IMG/VR virus record: IMGVR_UViG_3300044624_001054
Span: 42,616-106,615 of that record
Reading direction: 5' to 3' (one strand)
From: a virus
DNA length: 64,000 bases
In this document: in pieces, positions 9,337 to 17,572 of the stretch
Layout of the letters: every line of letters begins with the position of its first letter
Position numbering within the stretch: the stretch's first letter is position 1
Notes under the pieces: model-generated
The model's database searches: none
What the model saw: the letters and a program-made list of their open reading frames with translations, nothing else
Told to the model about the DNA's origin: nothing
Program-made: the position numbers and the translations under genes

Positions 9337-9735
9337 TTAAAACGTTGGGCCACACAGATAGTTTTTAGCACCAACAATTAGGGCTGCGCCAAACTTAGCA
9401 CCATTATCGTTACCCATATTGTTATTTACTAATGCCTCTGCAAGAATATATGTAATTTCATCTTCAGACAGCCCTTCTGAAAGTCCAGCGCAGATGGTAT
9501 TTCCAAGAGAAATAATGTCTGACTCATTGGCAATCTGTCCATACGTCCCGCCGTTTTCTTTAACAAATTGCACAAACTTTTGTGTGCTTGTTGTGACACC
9601 ATCATCAACACTTGGTGCTGGAAGGGGCGCTGGCACTTGCTCAGTAATAGTAACGGTTGGTACTGGCTCTGTCTGTGATGTACATCCAACTAGTGCCACC
9701 GCAGAAATAGCGGCTGCAACAAAAATCTTCTTCAT
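9337..9735 (-). CDS. lipoprotein, DUF732-like
   Basis: Lipobox LVGC, P/T-rich linker, FVQFV..LGNTICAGL..GA..YLC. Confidence 0.75.
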   Translation of the reverse strand: MKKIFVAAAISAVALVGCTSQTEPVPTVTITEQVPAPLPAPSVDDGVTTSTQKFVQFVKENGGTYGQIANESDIISLGNTICAGLSEGLSEDEITYILAEALVNNNMGNDNGAKFGAALIVGAKNYLCGPTF

Positions 9736-9760
9736 ATTAATCCTTTTCTATAAATGACTT

Positions 9761-9803
9761 GCCCACGATACTAAGCATATAGTAATCGTGGGCGGTGTGT
9801 CAA
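9761..9803 (-). promoter_or_regulatory. promoter TTGACA-N18-TATGCT overlapping an inverted repeat (may also terminate upstream transcription)
   Basis: -35 at 9798-9803; -10 at 9774-9779 in the loop of GCCCACGAT...ATCGTGGGC. Confidence 0.6.
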
Positions 9804-9806
9804 TAA

Positions 9807-9965
9807 TTATGACTGGCGAGAAAAGATAGCATCAATTTCTGCTACATGGGACGGGCCAAATCGTGCAGCCTCATGCCTTGCTCTTTCCCATTCACTCTGA
9901 AGTTTATAGTTGCTTGTGGCATCTGTCTTAAACATTCCAGAGAAAAGTATTCCAAGTGCTTTCAT
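9807..9965 (-). CDS. 52-aa small protein
   Basis: Hand-translated MKALGILFSGMFKTDATSNYKLQSEWERARHEAARFGPSHVAEIDAIFSRQS; perfect AAGGAGG SD and its own promoter. Confidence 0.8.
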   Translation of the reverse strand: MKALGILFSGMFKTDATSNYKLQSEWERARHEAARFGPSHVAEIDAIFSRQS

Positions 9966-9993
9966 TATATCCTCCTTGTGGGTTGATACTTTA

Positions 9994-10022
9994 ATCTTAT
10001 CAGGGTAACTCTAAGGGGTCAA
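9994..10022 (-). promoter_or_regulatory. promoter TTGACC-N17-TAAGAT with extended TG
   Basis: Directly upstream of the 52-aa gene. Confidence 0.7.
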
Positions 10023-10048
10023 GTTTAGAAGGCTTTTTGTGACCAGCC

Positions 10049-10222
10049 TCACTCATCATGGTCCCACCGAATAATCATCATTGCATATTTCAGCCCCTGT
10101 CTAAACCATTCTGATTGTTGAGAATATTCTTCCATGTATGGGGCTTCAATACATTCTTCTATCTGTTCTGAAAATCTGTCCCGCCAATATTTTTGGCATT
10201 CATTATCACTATGCATTTCCAT
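10049..10222 (-). CDS. small hypothetical protein
   Basis: Start reassigned to ATG 10222 (MEMHSDNEC), because the track start lies inside tRNA-Asn. Confidence 0.55.
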   Translation of the reverse strand: MEMHSDNECQKYWRDRFSEQIEECIEAPYMEEYSQQSEWFRQGLKYAMMIIRWDHDE

Positions 10223-10223
10223 G

Positions 10224-10295
10224 CTGGCCTGGTAGGATTCGAACCTACAACCCATCGGTTAACAGCCGATTGCGCTGCCATTGCGCCACAGACCA
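10224..10295 (-). tRNA. tRNA-Asn (GTT), CCA not encoded
   Basis: Acceptor TGGTCTG/CAGGCCA; anticodon arm ATCGG-CTGTTAA-CCGAT; T arm GTAGG-TTCGAAT-CCTAC. Confidence 0.95.
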
Positions 10296-10307
10296 CTACT
10301 TAAAACG

Positions 10308-10378
10308 CTGGAGAATCAGGGGTCGAACCTAAACTAAATGTTCCAAAGACATTTGTGCTGCCATTACACCATTCTCCA
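10308..10378 (-). tRNA. tRNA-Gln (TTG), CCA not encoded
   Basis: Acceptor TGGAGAA/TTCTCCA; anticodon arm AATGT-CTTTGGA-ACATT; T loop TTCGACC. Confidence 0.93.
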
Positions 10379-10381
10379 TAA

Positions 10382-10483
10382 CCGATGTGCCAGCGGGTAA
10401 CTACACCATCCCAAGGTTTTCTGCACGTTTGACTAACTTCATGCTGGTATCAACCGCGTAACTCGGCATTGCTGGCACATCGG
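10382..10483 (-). ncRNA. candidate structured ncRNA, unclassified
   Basis: Perfect 13-bp terminal stem CCGATGTGCCAGC/GCTGGCACATCGG enclosing further helices; fills the gap between a stop codon and tRNA-Gln. Confidence 0.55.
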
Positions 10484-10486
10484 GGC

Positions 10487-10861
10487 CTATTCTGTTATAT
10501 CGAAAGCGGAGCCTTTCCACATTTTATTGGATGACTCTCTTCTCCTCATAATAGCATTCCTCTTCGATTCTGCCCAGGATCTTCCTGAGTCTCCTCCCCA
10601 AAGAAGCCATGCGATAAGACCATTAGATGGATACCCCTCCTCACCTTGACTCCACCCCTTGCCTTTTTTATCAACGGCGTGGCGGCTAAAGAATGAATGC
10701 ATCCTTAATACTGTAGACTCACTTAGATTCTTTTTATTAGCAATGTCTCTTGCGCGTGCAATTCCTACTGAGGTTCCCCCACGATTAAATTCGTCGCGCA
10801 AGGCTAGGCCACGACGGGCATTAGATGCCATGGAATCTGTTGGAACATATGATTCAGCCAT
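10487..10861 (-). CDS. conserved phage head-associated-type domain protein
   Basis: ARRGL..GGT.VG..RARDI..RMHSFFSRH..IAWLLWGGD, a domain I recall from phage head-morphogenesis proteins. Confidence 0.7.
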   Translation of the reverse strand: MAESYVPTDSMASNARRGLALRDEFNRGGTSVGIARARDIANKKNLSESTVLRMHSFFSRHAVDKKGKGWSQGEEGYPSNGLIAWLLWGGDSGRSWAESKRNAIMRRRESSNKMWKGSAFDITE

Positions 10862-10985
10862 CGTATTTCTCCCATCTCCAAAAACTTATATAGTATGCAT
10901 GAAAATGTGTATCACAAGCATGAGTCTTGGTTTCATTTCTTTCTCCAACCCATGCCGCTGGTTGTTCACAAAATCTGCATTCCAT
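10854..10985 (-). CDS. 43-aa zinc-finger-like protein
   Basis: Hand-translated MECRFCEQPAAWVGERNETKTHACDTHF... (CxxC, CxxH); fills the gap between neighbours. Confidence 0.6.
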   Translation of the reverse strand: MECRFCEQPAAWVGERNETKTHACDTHFHAYYISFWRWEKYDG

Positions 10986-10989
10986 AATA

Positions 10990-11550
10990 TTATAGCATTC
11001 CAAGTTTGGTCGCATAATCATACATCATAATTCCGCTAGCGACACTAACGTTAAGACTCCTGACGCTACCAAGTTGTGGAATCATTACAATATCATCAGC
11101 CATGCCAAGCCCCATTGGACTTACCCCTCGCGCCTCTTCACCAAAAATCATAAATGTATTGGGACTCCATTCATATTGAGTGACAGGAATAGCACCAGGA
11201 ACATTATCTACTGCTACCCACCGCATATCCCTAATATGAGGCTCATTAAGATAAATATGGTCTAGTGACGGTGCATATTTGAGATGAATATAATTTTGTG
11301 TTCCTACCGCGCCACGGCGGTCCCATCTTTTGTTACCAATGATCCAGGATTCTTTTGCTAGAAACGCATTAGAGTTTCTAATTCCAGACGCTTTATTAAA
11401 GTCTCCAGAAATATTCTCAAACCCTACAACGAATGGAAGACGCTTAGTATCAAGGTCCGCCTTTATCTGATCATTCTCCCACTCTTTATAATAGTCAATC
11501 ACGTTCCTTGTATCCTGGGTCAGGGAATCCACCGTTCCACTCTCCTCCAT
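10990..11550 (-). CDS. SpoU/TrmH-family RNA 2'-O-methyltransferase
   Basis: EN...FN....RNSNAF, IFGEEARGVS, IPQLGSVRSLNVSVASGI (SPOUT motifs). Confidence 0.92.
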   Translation of the reverse strand: MEESGTVDSLTQDTRNVIDYYKEWENDQIKADLDTKRLPFVVGFENISGDFNKASGIRNSNAFLAKESWIIGNKRWDRRGAVGTQNYIHLKYAPSLDHIYLNEPHIRDMRWVAVDNVPGAIPVTQYEWSPNTFMIFGEEARGVSPMGLGMADDIVMIPQLGSVRSLNVSVASGIMMYDYATKLGML

Positions 11551-11875
11551 TGTACGCTCCTGTGCTATAGATTAAATACATCATTGATTTTTCATCTTCA
11601 TTAAGTTCATCTGCCTGCACCCAGTCTTCAGATTTATTAGTAAGATAGATGAAGGCATTGCCGTCCTCGTCCATTTTTAAATCTATGAATCCTTTGAACC
11701 ATAGGGAGTTCAATATGTCTGAATCCATCTGTCGCATCCACTCTACAAGTTCTTGTTGTTCTTTGTAAAATAGTTCAGTAACTTTATATACTGGATCTCC
11801 AACAGGATTATATCCTACCACCTCAATGTACCCTCGTTCAAGCATTATCTCTATTAACTCTTCATTCATATCCAT
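11495..11875 (-). CDS. hypothetical protein (possible winged-helix repeat)
   Basis: Acidic 126 aa; two L..RG/KG.I segments. Confidence 0.65.
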   Translation of the reverse strand: MDMNEELIEIMLERGYIEVVGYNPVGDPVYKVTELFYKEQQELVEWMRQMDSDILNSLWFKGFIDLKMDEDGNAFIYLTNKSEDWVQADELNEDEKSMMYLIYSTGAYNGGEWNGGFPDPGYKERD

Positions 11876-11876
11876 G

Positions 11877-13655
11877 TTAAACCATCCCTATAGATTGGAT
11901 ATAGTCATCTATATTGTTTTGTCCGCCTGATGGAGGCTGAATGATATTTCTTTTTGCCTCTTGCTCTCTCTGATCTCTGATAAATTGTTTATATGTGTGG
12001 ACTTCTATCTCAACCTCGCCAGATTCTTTTCTGGTGTTAGATATAGAATTATAAATAGATCCACATACAGCATCAGATAGGTCTTTACTTCCCTTTCTAG
12101 GATGGTCAACTTTATCACGAATGATTCTTAACTGCAATAGTTCGTCAGTAAGAAGTTTAATGCTTGGGCCAATGATTCTTTCTTCTCCCACCAACATAGC
12201 CATATCATCATAGTGTTTTTTTGCTACAGATAATGTCTCTGTCTCTATACCAATCATTCTAAGTTCTGTCATAATATCGTGAGAGTTCCATCTATCAAAG
12301 GTTACCTTTTTAATATTAAAGCCGCGAGACCTAAGATCAATGATGAATTGCTTTACTTCAGAGAAGTCTACAGATTTATCTGATGTGGGTGTCCACCATC
12401 TAACACAATCTACAACAACTATTGGGCTTACAACATTATGATTCATAAAACTTTTAAGATGAACCCATCTATCAACGTGGGCCATAGCGACGGCGCAATG
12501 ATCGTGTTTCTGGGCTAGGTCAACATGTATGTAGTATTCTTTTTCATCCTGTGGAATGAACCAATCCTTAAACCTACCGTCATCGTCTACGCCATTCATT
12601 GGCTGATTAAAGCAGGCGAGAATCTTCTCTTTTGATTTAAAGAATGCATCGACTGCATCGGGAGGCATACACGCAAATCTTCCAAGTGCATCTGTTGGGT
12701 TATTGTAAAAAGCAATCTTAAAGTCATTGATTGATCTAGTTGGATTTACTTCCCAGGTTGGTCGCTTTAAGGCAAATACTTTAGGGTATTTATAAGCATT
12801 TATTTGATCTTCTTCCCACTCAATCGTGAACTCATTTTCTTTTACACCATCTAGTTCATCATCTAATTTGAAAGTATGAGATCTAATAACTACATCTTTA
12901 TCGGCAATAACAGCGTTGTATCTTTGCTGAATAAAATCATCACGATACCTAGGGAATGAAAGAAGAACAACCTTCCCAACATCTGGGAATCGTGAATCTA
13001 CGGAGGCTCTATACATATCATAGATCGCCTGACCAGTCTTTGCCTGCTCGTTACCACTTGTTGAGACTGTGCTAAAACCAGAGATCTCGTCCAGGATCAC
13101 GCAGATAACATTGTAGCCCTCCCAGGACTCTCGCTCCGAATGTCCTGAGTGACATGTAATAGATTTATCAAATGATACACTCTGAGCGGTAATGTTGTAC
13201 TTTCCAACAAACCAAGGAGAGTCTTCAATCCTTTTACGGAAACCTTTGAAGAATACGTTCTTTGCCTGTTCAGAGTTAATAGCGATATTAATAATATCAA
13301 TCGAGTCACCAGGGGGCTTACCAAAATATTTAGCAGGGTCTTTTAAGCACAGCAATAAATATACAAGGTAGGTCACAGAGATAGTGGAAATATAATCTTT
13401 TCCACTTCCCTTTCCAAGTTGAAGAATAACTTCATTACAGGTTTGACGGCTTCTTTTTACGCCCTCCTCTTCCCCATATAGTTTTACCAATGTATCTTTT
13501 TTATACACTTGAGTCATGGCTTTGATTGCTTGATATTGAAATGCTGAAAGCGGGGGGAGGTGGAGGTAGTCTTCATTTGTAACAAACTCTTCAATGTTTA
13601 CTGGATGCTCATCAAATTCATCCTCTTCTAGAGCAGAGATAAAATCATCAAACAC
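11877..13655 (-). CDS. terL: terminase large subunit
   Basis: Walker A LGKGSGKD, Walker B VILDE, LLSFPR, nuclease HVDLA, TFDRWNS, DHPRKGSKDLSDA. Confidence 0.95.
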   Translation of the reverse strand: MFDDFISALEEDEFDEHPVNIEEFVTNEDYLHLPPLSAFQYQAIKAMTQVYKKDTLVKLYGEEEGVKRSRQTCNEVILQLGKGSGKDYISTISVTYLVYLLLCLKDPAKYFGKPPGDSIDIINIAINSEQAKNVFFKGFRKRIEDSPWFVGKYNITAQSVSFDKSITCHSGHSERESWEGYNVICVILDEISGFSTVSTSGNEQAKTGQAIYDMYRASVDSRFPDVGKVVLLSFPRYRDDFIQQRYNAVIADKDVVIRSHTFKLDDELDGVKENEFTIEWEEDQINAYKYPKVFALKRPTWEVNPTRSINDFKIAFYNNPTDALGRFACMPPDAVDAFFKSKEKILACFNQPMNGVDDDGRFKDWFIPQDEKEYYIHVDLAQKHDHCAVAMAHVDRWVHLKSFMNHNVVSPIVVVDCVRWWTPTSDKSVDFSEVKQFIIDLRSRGFNIKKVTFDRWNSHDIMTELRMIGIETETLSVAKKHYDDMAMLVGEERIIGPSIKLLTDELLQLRIIRDKVDHPRKGSKDLSDAVCGSIYNSISNTRKESGEVEIEVHTYKQFIRDQREQEAKRNIIQPPSGGQNNIDDYIQSIGMV

Positions 13656-14173
13656 TAGAAGCCCTCTGCCTTACCTGTAACTTCTTCTAGTCTTTTAAAG
13701 ACTTCTCTCTTACAATGCTCACAGTCTGCAACGACTTCCTTTAAAATCCTAACTAAGATCTCTTGCTTCCGCTCGGTCTCAATGATCTGTTGAGCAATTT
13801 CGCTGTCCTCAATAAGGCCAGCCTTCTGAAGCATATCTATTTGTTTTTGCTGGATATCTGCAACAATTTTAATGCCAGCAGTTTTTTTACCAAGATCCCC
13901 GATTGTCCCCGCCTGACTAATAACATCCCAGCCCTCTTCAATAAGCATGGAGTAATGTCTATCTGCGCCAGATAATGCCTCTCTTGCACGCATCTGAATC
14001 TGTCTATCGCTTTGAATAACAGAACGCCACTCGTCAAGATACTCTTGAACCTCTGCTCTTTTAAAGCCAGTAAGTTTAGCGATAGATGCTGGATTAGTAG
14101 TTCCTTTTAAGAATACATCTACAACCTTATTTATTTTTTCCCACCGTTCGGCAAGAACTATATCAGTTGACAT
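13655..14173 (-). CDS. putative terminase small subunit
   Basis: N-terminal HTH (PASIAKLTGFKRAEV) plus helical region, directly upstream of terL. Confidence 0.6.
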   Translation of the reverse strand: MSTDIVLAERWEKINKVVDVFLKGTTNPASIAKLTGFKRAEVQEYLDEWRSVIQSDRQIQMRAREALSGADRHYSMLIEEGWDVISQAGTIGDLGKKTAGIKIVADIQQKQIDMLQKAGLIEDSEIAQQIIETERKQEILVRILKEVVADCEHCKREVFKRLEEVTGKAEGF

Positions 14174-14465
14174 TCATCTTCTTCCTAATACTCTTCTTTG
14201 CGTGGACCACTCCTTTAAGTTTTTCCACATAGAATGATCTATATTCCCCAGTAGTAGGAGAATAGCAATCTATCCAAGTAACATCTTTTTTAACATTGTG
14301 AGCGAGTCTAATAAATCTAAAAGATCCACGAACATCCTTAAATTTTAAGGAATCACCAGGCTTAATAACTGTTTTACCAAATTTAAGTTCATAGAACACA
14401 GATATGTCTGGATTTACTTTATATGTTGGCAACTCTTCTGAATCACCGACTCTTTTTTTAGACAT
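14163..14465 (-). CDS. hypothetical phage protein
   Basis: IKPGD..F.F..WIDCY..RSFY pattern; start at ATG 14465. Confidence 0.7.
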   Translation of the reverse strand: MSKKRVGDSEELPTYKVNPDISVFYELKFGKTVIKPGDSLKFKDVRGSFRFIRLAHNVKKDVTWIDCYSPTTGEYRSFYVEKLKGVVHAKKSIRKKMNVN

Positions 14466-14476
14466 GACTCTCCTTG

Positions 14477-14653
14477 TTAGGTGGCGAATCCACTTCCGCC
14501 ACGGGTGGGAGCCCAAACCATTCCTGGGGAATCAATGTTTCTGACTAGCCTCAGTCCGCAGTCGGGGCATATAGCATTGTCTCTTTCTTCCATCTTCATT
14601 AACATCTCATGTGACTTATCACAATCAATGCATGTAAATGTGTAAAGCGGCAT
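14477..14653 (-). CDS. FmdB-family zinc ribbon protein
   Basis: MPLYTFTCIDC...CPDCG...R...GSGF. Confidence 0.85.
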   Translation of the reverse strand: MPLYTFTCIDCDKSHEMLMKMEERDNAICPDCGLRLVRNIDSPGMVWAPTRGGSGFAT

Positions 14654-14997
14654 TACTTCCATGTCTCCTTAAGTGCAATACTCAATAATACCAGATAACC
14701 CATCAGGTCGTCAAGGTCGTTCTCCTTAAAGGTATCATCCCCATTCATAAATCTAGATAGTTTATCATCTATACGAACCTTTATCTGTTCAGTTGTGTCT
14801 GATCGTGAAAATATTCTTACTGGGTTAAGCGCTGAGTTACCGTACGATCTATTCTTTTCTATAAGTAAAGAGGTTACTCTAGTACATTCATCTTGAATTG
14901 CCATCTCAACGGTGTTACGAGGAATTAATTGCACACCTTCTTTTATATCATCCATAATTTTCTCAGCATACATGCGCTGTAGGTCTTGTTCAATCAT
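14653..14997 (-). CDS. DUF1599 / nucleotide-modification-associated domain protein
   Basis: KNRSYGNS..VRIDDKLSR..DLMGYLVL. Confidence 0.75.
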   Translation of the reverse strand: MIEQDLQRMYAEKIMDDIKEGVQLIPRNTVEMAIQDECTRVTSLLIEKNRSYGNSALNPVRIFSRSDTTEQIKVRIDDKLSRFMNGDDTFKENDLDDLMGYLVLLSIALKETWK

Positions 14998-15161
14998 TTT
15001 TTACCAAACTTTCTTAGGTCACGGATGAGATTATATTTTACTAAGTATCGATAGATAGTCTGATGACTTACCCCGCATTCTTTAGCAATCTCTTCTAAAG
15101 ATTTTTTATCTACAAGATATCTTTTTGTAAGGAATGCTTTGTTTTCATATAATTTAGCCAT
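14994..15161 (-). CDS. small HTH DNA-binding protein
   Basis: Hand-translated MAKLYENKAFLTKRYLVDKKSLEEIAKECGVSHQTIYRYLVKYNL... Confidence 0.8.
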   Translation of the reverse strand: MAKLYENKAFLTKRYLVDKKSLEEIAKECGVSHQTIYRYLVKYNLIRDLRKFGKK

Positions 15162-15720
15162 AATTTACCAGATTCTTGTGAGCATAATAGGCTAGTCCAA
15201 AGGCATCTCCAACATCATTATCTTCTAGATTTATGTTAAACATATTATTGAAATGATCTAAAGTTTTTTGTTTTCTTGTAGTCCTTGCATAATTTCTATA
15301 CCAATTGTCTGATTTGCCTGGATTGTCTAGTCTTATCTGAGCCTTCTGAGCCTTTGTTAAATTATTATTGTTAATGTATGACTGCCATTGTATTGGAGGG
15401 ACAGTAATAATTCTTTTAGAATCTAGTGCCAGTTCTGAAATCAGAACTCCCACTATCATAGCCATGTGTATCGCTACTGCTTGAGACTTTACCATAATGG
15501 CTGATTCTATACAAATATAATCGGGCTTTATCTCTTCTTTGATAAACGGCATCTTATCCCTACAGTCAATTACCTTATCGTAGATATTGTTGCCATGAAA
15601 ATCTATCTTACCCCATTTAATTGGCTTTCCATCAAACAGGCAGAAGGCAAAGGAGTTTGTTGATGAATCTACTCCAAGTACTGTGCTAGCGTTTTGTTTT
15701 ATAAGTTTTTTTAGCGACAT
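15154..15720 (-). CDS. RuvC-like Holliday junction resolvase
   Basis: VLGVDSS, ICIES, P..W, DNDVGDAFGLA. Confidence 0.8.
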   Translation of the reverse strand: MSLKKLIKQNASTVLGVDSSTNSFAFCLFDGKPIKWGKIDFHGNNIYDKVIDCRDKMPFIKEEIKPDYICIESAIMVKSQAVAIHMAMIVGVLISELALDSKRIITVPPIQWQSYINNNNLTKAQKAQIRLDNPGKSDNWYRNYARTTRKQKTLDHFNNMFNINLEDNDVGDAFGLAYYAHKNLVNYG

Positions 15721-15982
15721 TGTTTATTACCTCTAATATATTTCCACGGCTGTTTTTATTATCCTGATCTACGCAAATAAAGCATTTATTATTTTCATTG
15801 TATCTGCTTAGTAATTGACCGCAGCCACAGTATCTTTTTTCTCCATTGAGTCTTTTTTTATTTTCATAATACTTACTCATTATCTTTTTATTTGTTGCTA
15901 GTCTACAACAAGCAGGATTACAATACTTTTGGTTCTTTTTATTTGACTCAAAGGGTGTACCGCAGTTAGCACAATTTTTCAC
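15686..15982 (-). CDS. Cys-rich zinc-binding hypothetical protein
   Basis: CANC, YCNPAC, CGCG, CFIC. Confidence 0.75.
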   Translation of the reverse strand: MKNCANCGTPFESNKKNQKYCNPACCRLATNKKIMSKYYENKKRLNGEKRYCGCGQLLSRYNENNKCFICVDQDNKNSRGNILEVINNVAKKTYKTKR

Positions 15983-16755
15983 TCTACCCCAACCTTAAGG
16001 TTAGTTATTTTTAATGTACCTGCATCTTTTTCTAAACAAGTTTCCGATACTGGGCAGCCTTTACATGTCCAGGTAGATTTAGTGTAACCCCTTTTAGGAA
16101 TTACATCATCTTTATATGATCGGTATACTTCCTGCATCCAGCCAAAAACATAGTCTATATAGTCTTTATTCTTTTCATTCATTTTGATGGGAATCGCAAG
16201 TAACTCATTGTCATTTTTATTTTCATAAAGAATGAAACCTTCTTCCGCCCCCTCAATCTTCATATAAATTAGTAATTGAAGAAAATGACTTGAAGAAGGT
16301 ACTCCCTCGCCCTTTCTTTGAATGAAATATTGGTCTTTAATTGTTTTGATTTCTCCAATGATTTCTTCATCATTTATCTCCAATACTACGTCAGCAAATC
16401 CTCTGACGGGAGGGTCTTCACTTTTAATCTCCCGCTCTTTTTGTTTTAATAAACCCGTGCTTTCTATAAGTTTTTCAATTCTTTCATGAGCATCTGTACC
16501 AGATCTCATAGATGCAATGTTGGCGGCGGGGATATTCTCAGTAAATTCTGCACCGTTAAAGGCTATATACCAATATCTTGCACAAGTTCCATGACCATAT
16601 CCAATAGTGCTAGGAGCAAAAGTTTTCTTTTGTTTAAACTCTTTTACCGTATTGGTCTTTTGATATGCAGAGTTTAGCATTTTAACAAATTTTTTAGCAT
16701 CCAGCCTAGTTTCTTTTGGCTGGCTAAGTAATGAAGATATTAGATTTTTAGCCAT
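15979..16755 (-). CDS. Cas4-like PD-(D/E)XK exonuclease
   Basis: PS..GTCARY, GT..HE, G.AD, EIKT, QLLIY, CKGCPVSETC. Confidence 0.85.
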   Translation of the reverse strand: MAKNLISSLLSQPKETRLDAKKFVKMLNSAYQKTNTVKEFKQKKTFAPSTIGYGHGTCARYWYIAFNGAEFTENIPAANIASMRSGTDAHERIEKLIESTGLLKQKEREIKSEDPPVRGFADVVLEINDEEIIGEIKTIKDQYFIQRKGEGVPSSSHFLQLLIYMKIEGAEEGFILYENKNDNELLAIPIKMNEKNKDYIDYVFGWMQEVYRSYKDDVIPKRGYTKSTWTCKGCPVSETCLEKDAGTLKITNLKVGVE

Positions 16756-16757
16756 AA

Positions 16758-17090
16758 TTAACCTAGATTATACCTTACTGTATATTTGAGCGAGTCTACT
16801 AATTTATCTAGAGCCTCTTTAGTTGAATAATATATATTCTTTTTAATATTGTTTGGAGAACCTGTAGGACCCTTTGCTGCCGTTGAATACCATGCTGCTA
16901 GAATTCCAAACTTAGCAGACAAAGCCTGCAGTTTTGCGATTAAAGTAAGTGCCTGAACAGGAGGAATATCTGGCTTTGAAATAATTTTTACAATGGCAGC
17001 CATCGCCTCATCTAGTCCGTCATCGCCTACAAAATCATGAATGTCAGCGAACTCTGATACCTGATTGATTAAATCAATTGTGTTTTCCAT
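16758..17090 (-). CDS. hypothetical helical protein
   Basis: 110 aa within the recombination block. Confidence 0.7.
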   Translation of the reverse strand: MENTIDLINQVSEFADIHDFVGDDGLDEAMAAIVKIISKPDIPPVQALTLIAKLQALSAKFGILAAWYSTAAKGPTGSPNNIKKNIYYSTKEALDKLVDSLKYTVRYNLG

Positions 17091-17382
17091 CTAATTCCTC
17101 CAATAACTCTTCAAGTACTTCCCACTCAATAACGGCAAGTCTAGTTTTTCTACCGCCACTTCCTATTACAGCCATAAGTAAAGGATTTTTTTTATTATCT
17201 GTTCTCAGGCAATCTGTAACTATCTTTGCCCACATATCTTCACTTAAAGATAGAGACTTCCCATATTCTTTTACATCTACTACAAATCTAGGCAGATTTC
17301 CATCGGCCTTTTGATATTGCCCCCGACCGCTATTTTTATGAGACTTAGCACCCATTCTTCTAAGTTCTGATCGCTCACTCAT
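17074..17382 (-). CDS. PD-(D/E)XK nuclease, Hjc-like resolvase
   Basis: E...NSGRG..KAD..VDVKE. Confidence 0.65.
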   Translation of the reverse strand: MSERSELRRMGAKSHKNSGRGQYQKADGNLPRFVVDVKEYGKSLSLSEDMWAKIVTDCLRTDNKKNPLLMAVIGSGGRKTRLAVIEWEVLEELLEELDGKHN

Positions 17383-17572
17383 AAACTAATCTAGCGCTTC
17401 CATCATGACCATTGGGGCAGGTCCAATAAACTTTCTTATTTGATGAATCATACATACCTGTGGTCGCCACTTCAAAGCAGCCTTGCTCTGGGCAAGAGAA
17501 TGACCCACCTATTTCTTTAAACTTTGCATTAGATTTACTTGGAGCAGTAATAAAAGCCTTAGGGTCAATCAT
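17375..17572 (-). CDS. small zinc-binding protein
   Basis: CPEQGC and WTCPNGH. Confidence 0.7.
   Translation of the reverse strand: MIDPKAFITAPSKSNAKFKEIGGSFSCPEQGCFEVATTGMYDSSNKKVYWTCPNGHDGSARLVYE

Noticed and set aside
10223-10332. ORF-track entries overlapping the tRNAs
   Set aside because: The sequence is explained by tRNA-Asn and tRNA-Gln.
10382-10483. Assignment to SRP RNA, hammerhead ribozyme or tRNA
   Set aside because: Lacks the SRP GGAA domain IV motif, the CUGAUGA hammerhead core and a T-loop; left unclassified.
15979-16755. Cas4-like gene as evidence for a CRISPR-Cas system
   Set aside because: No repeat-spacer array or other cas genes seen; solo Cas4-like exonucleases are common in phage recombination blocks.
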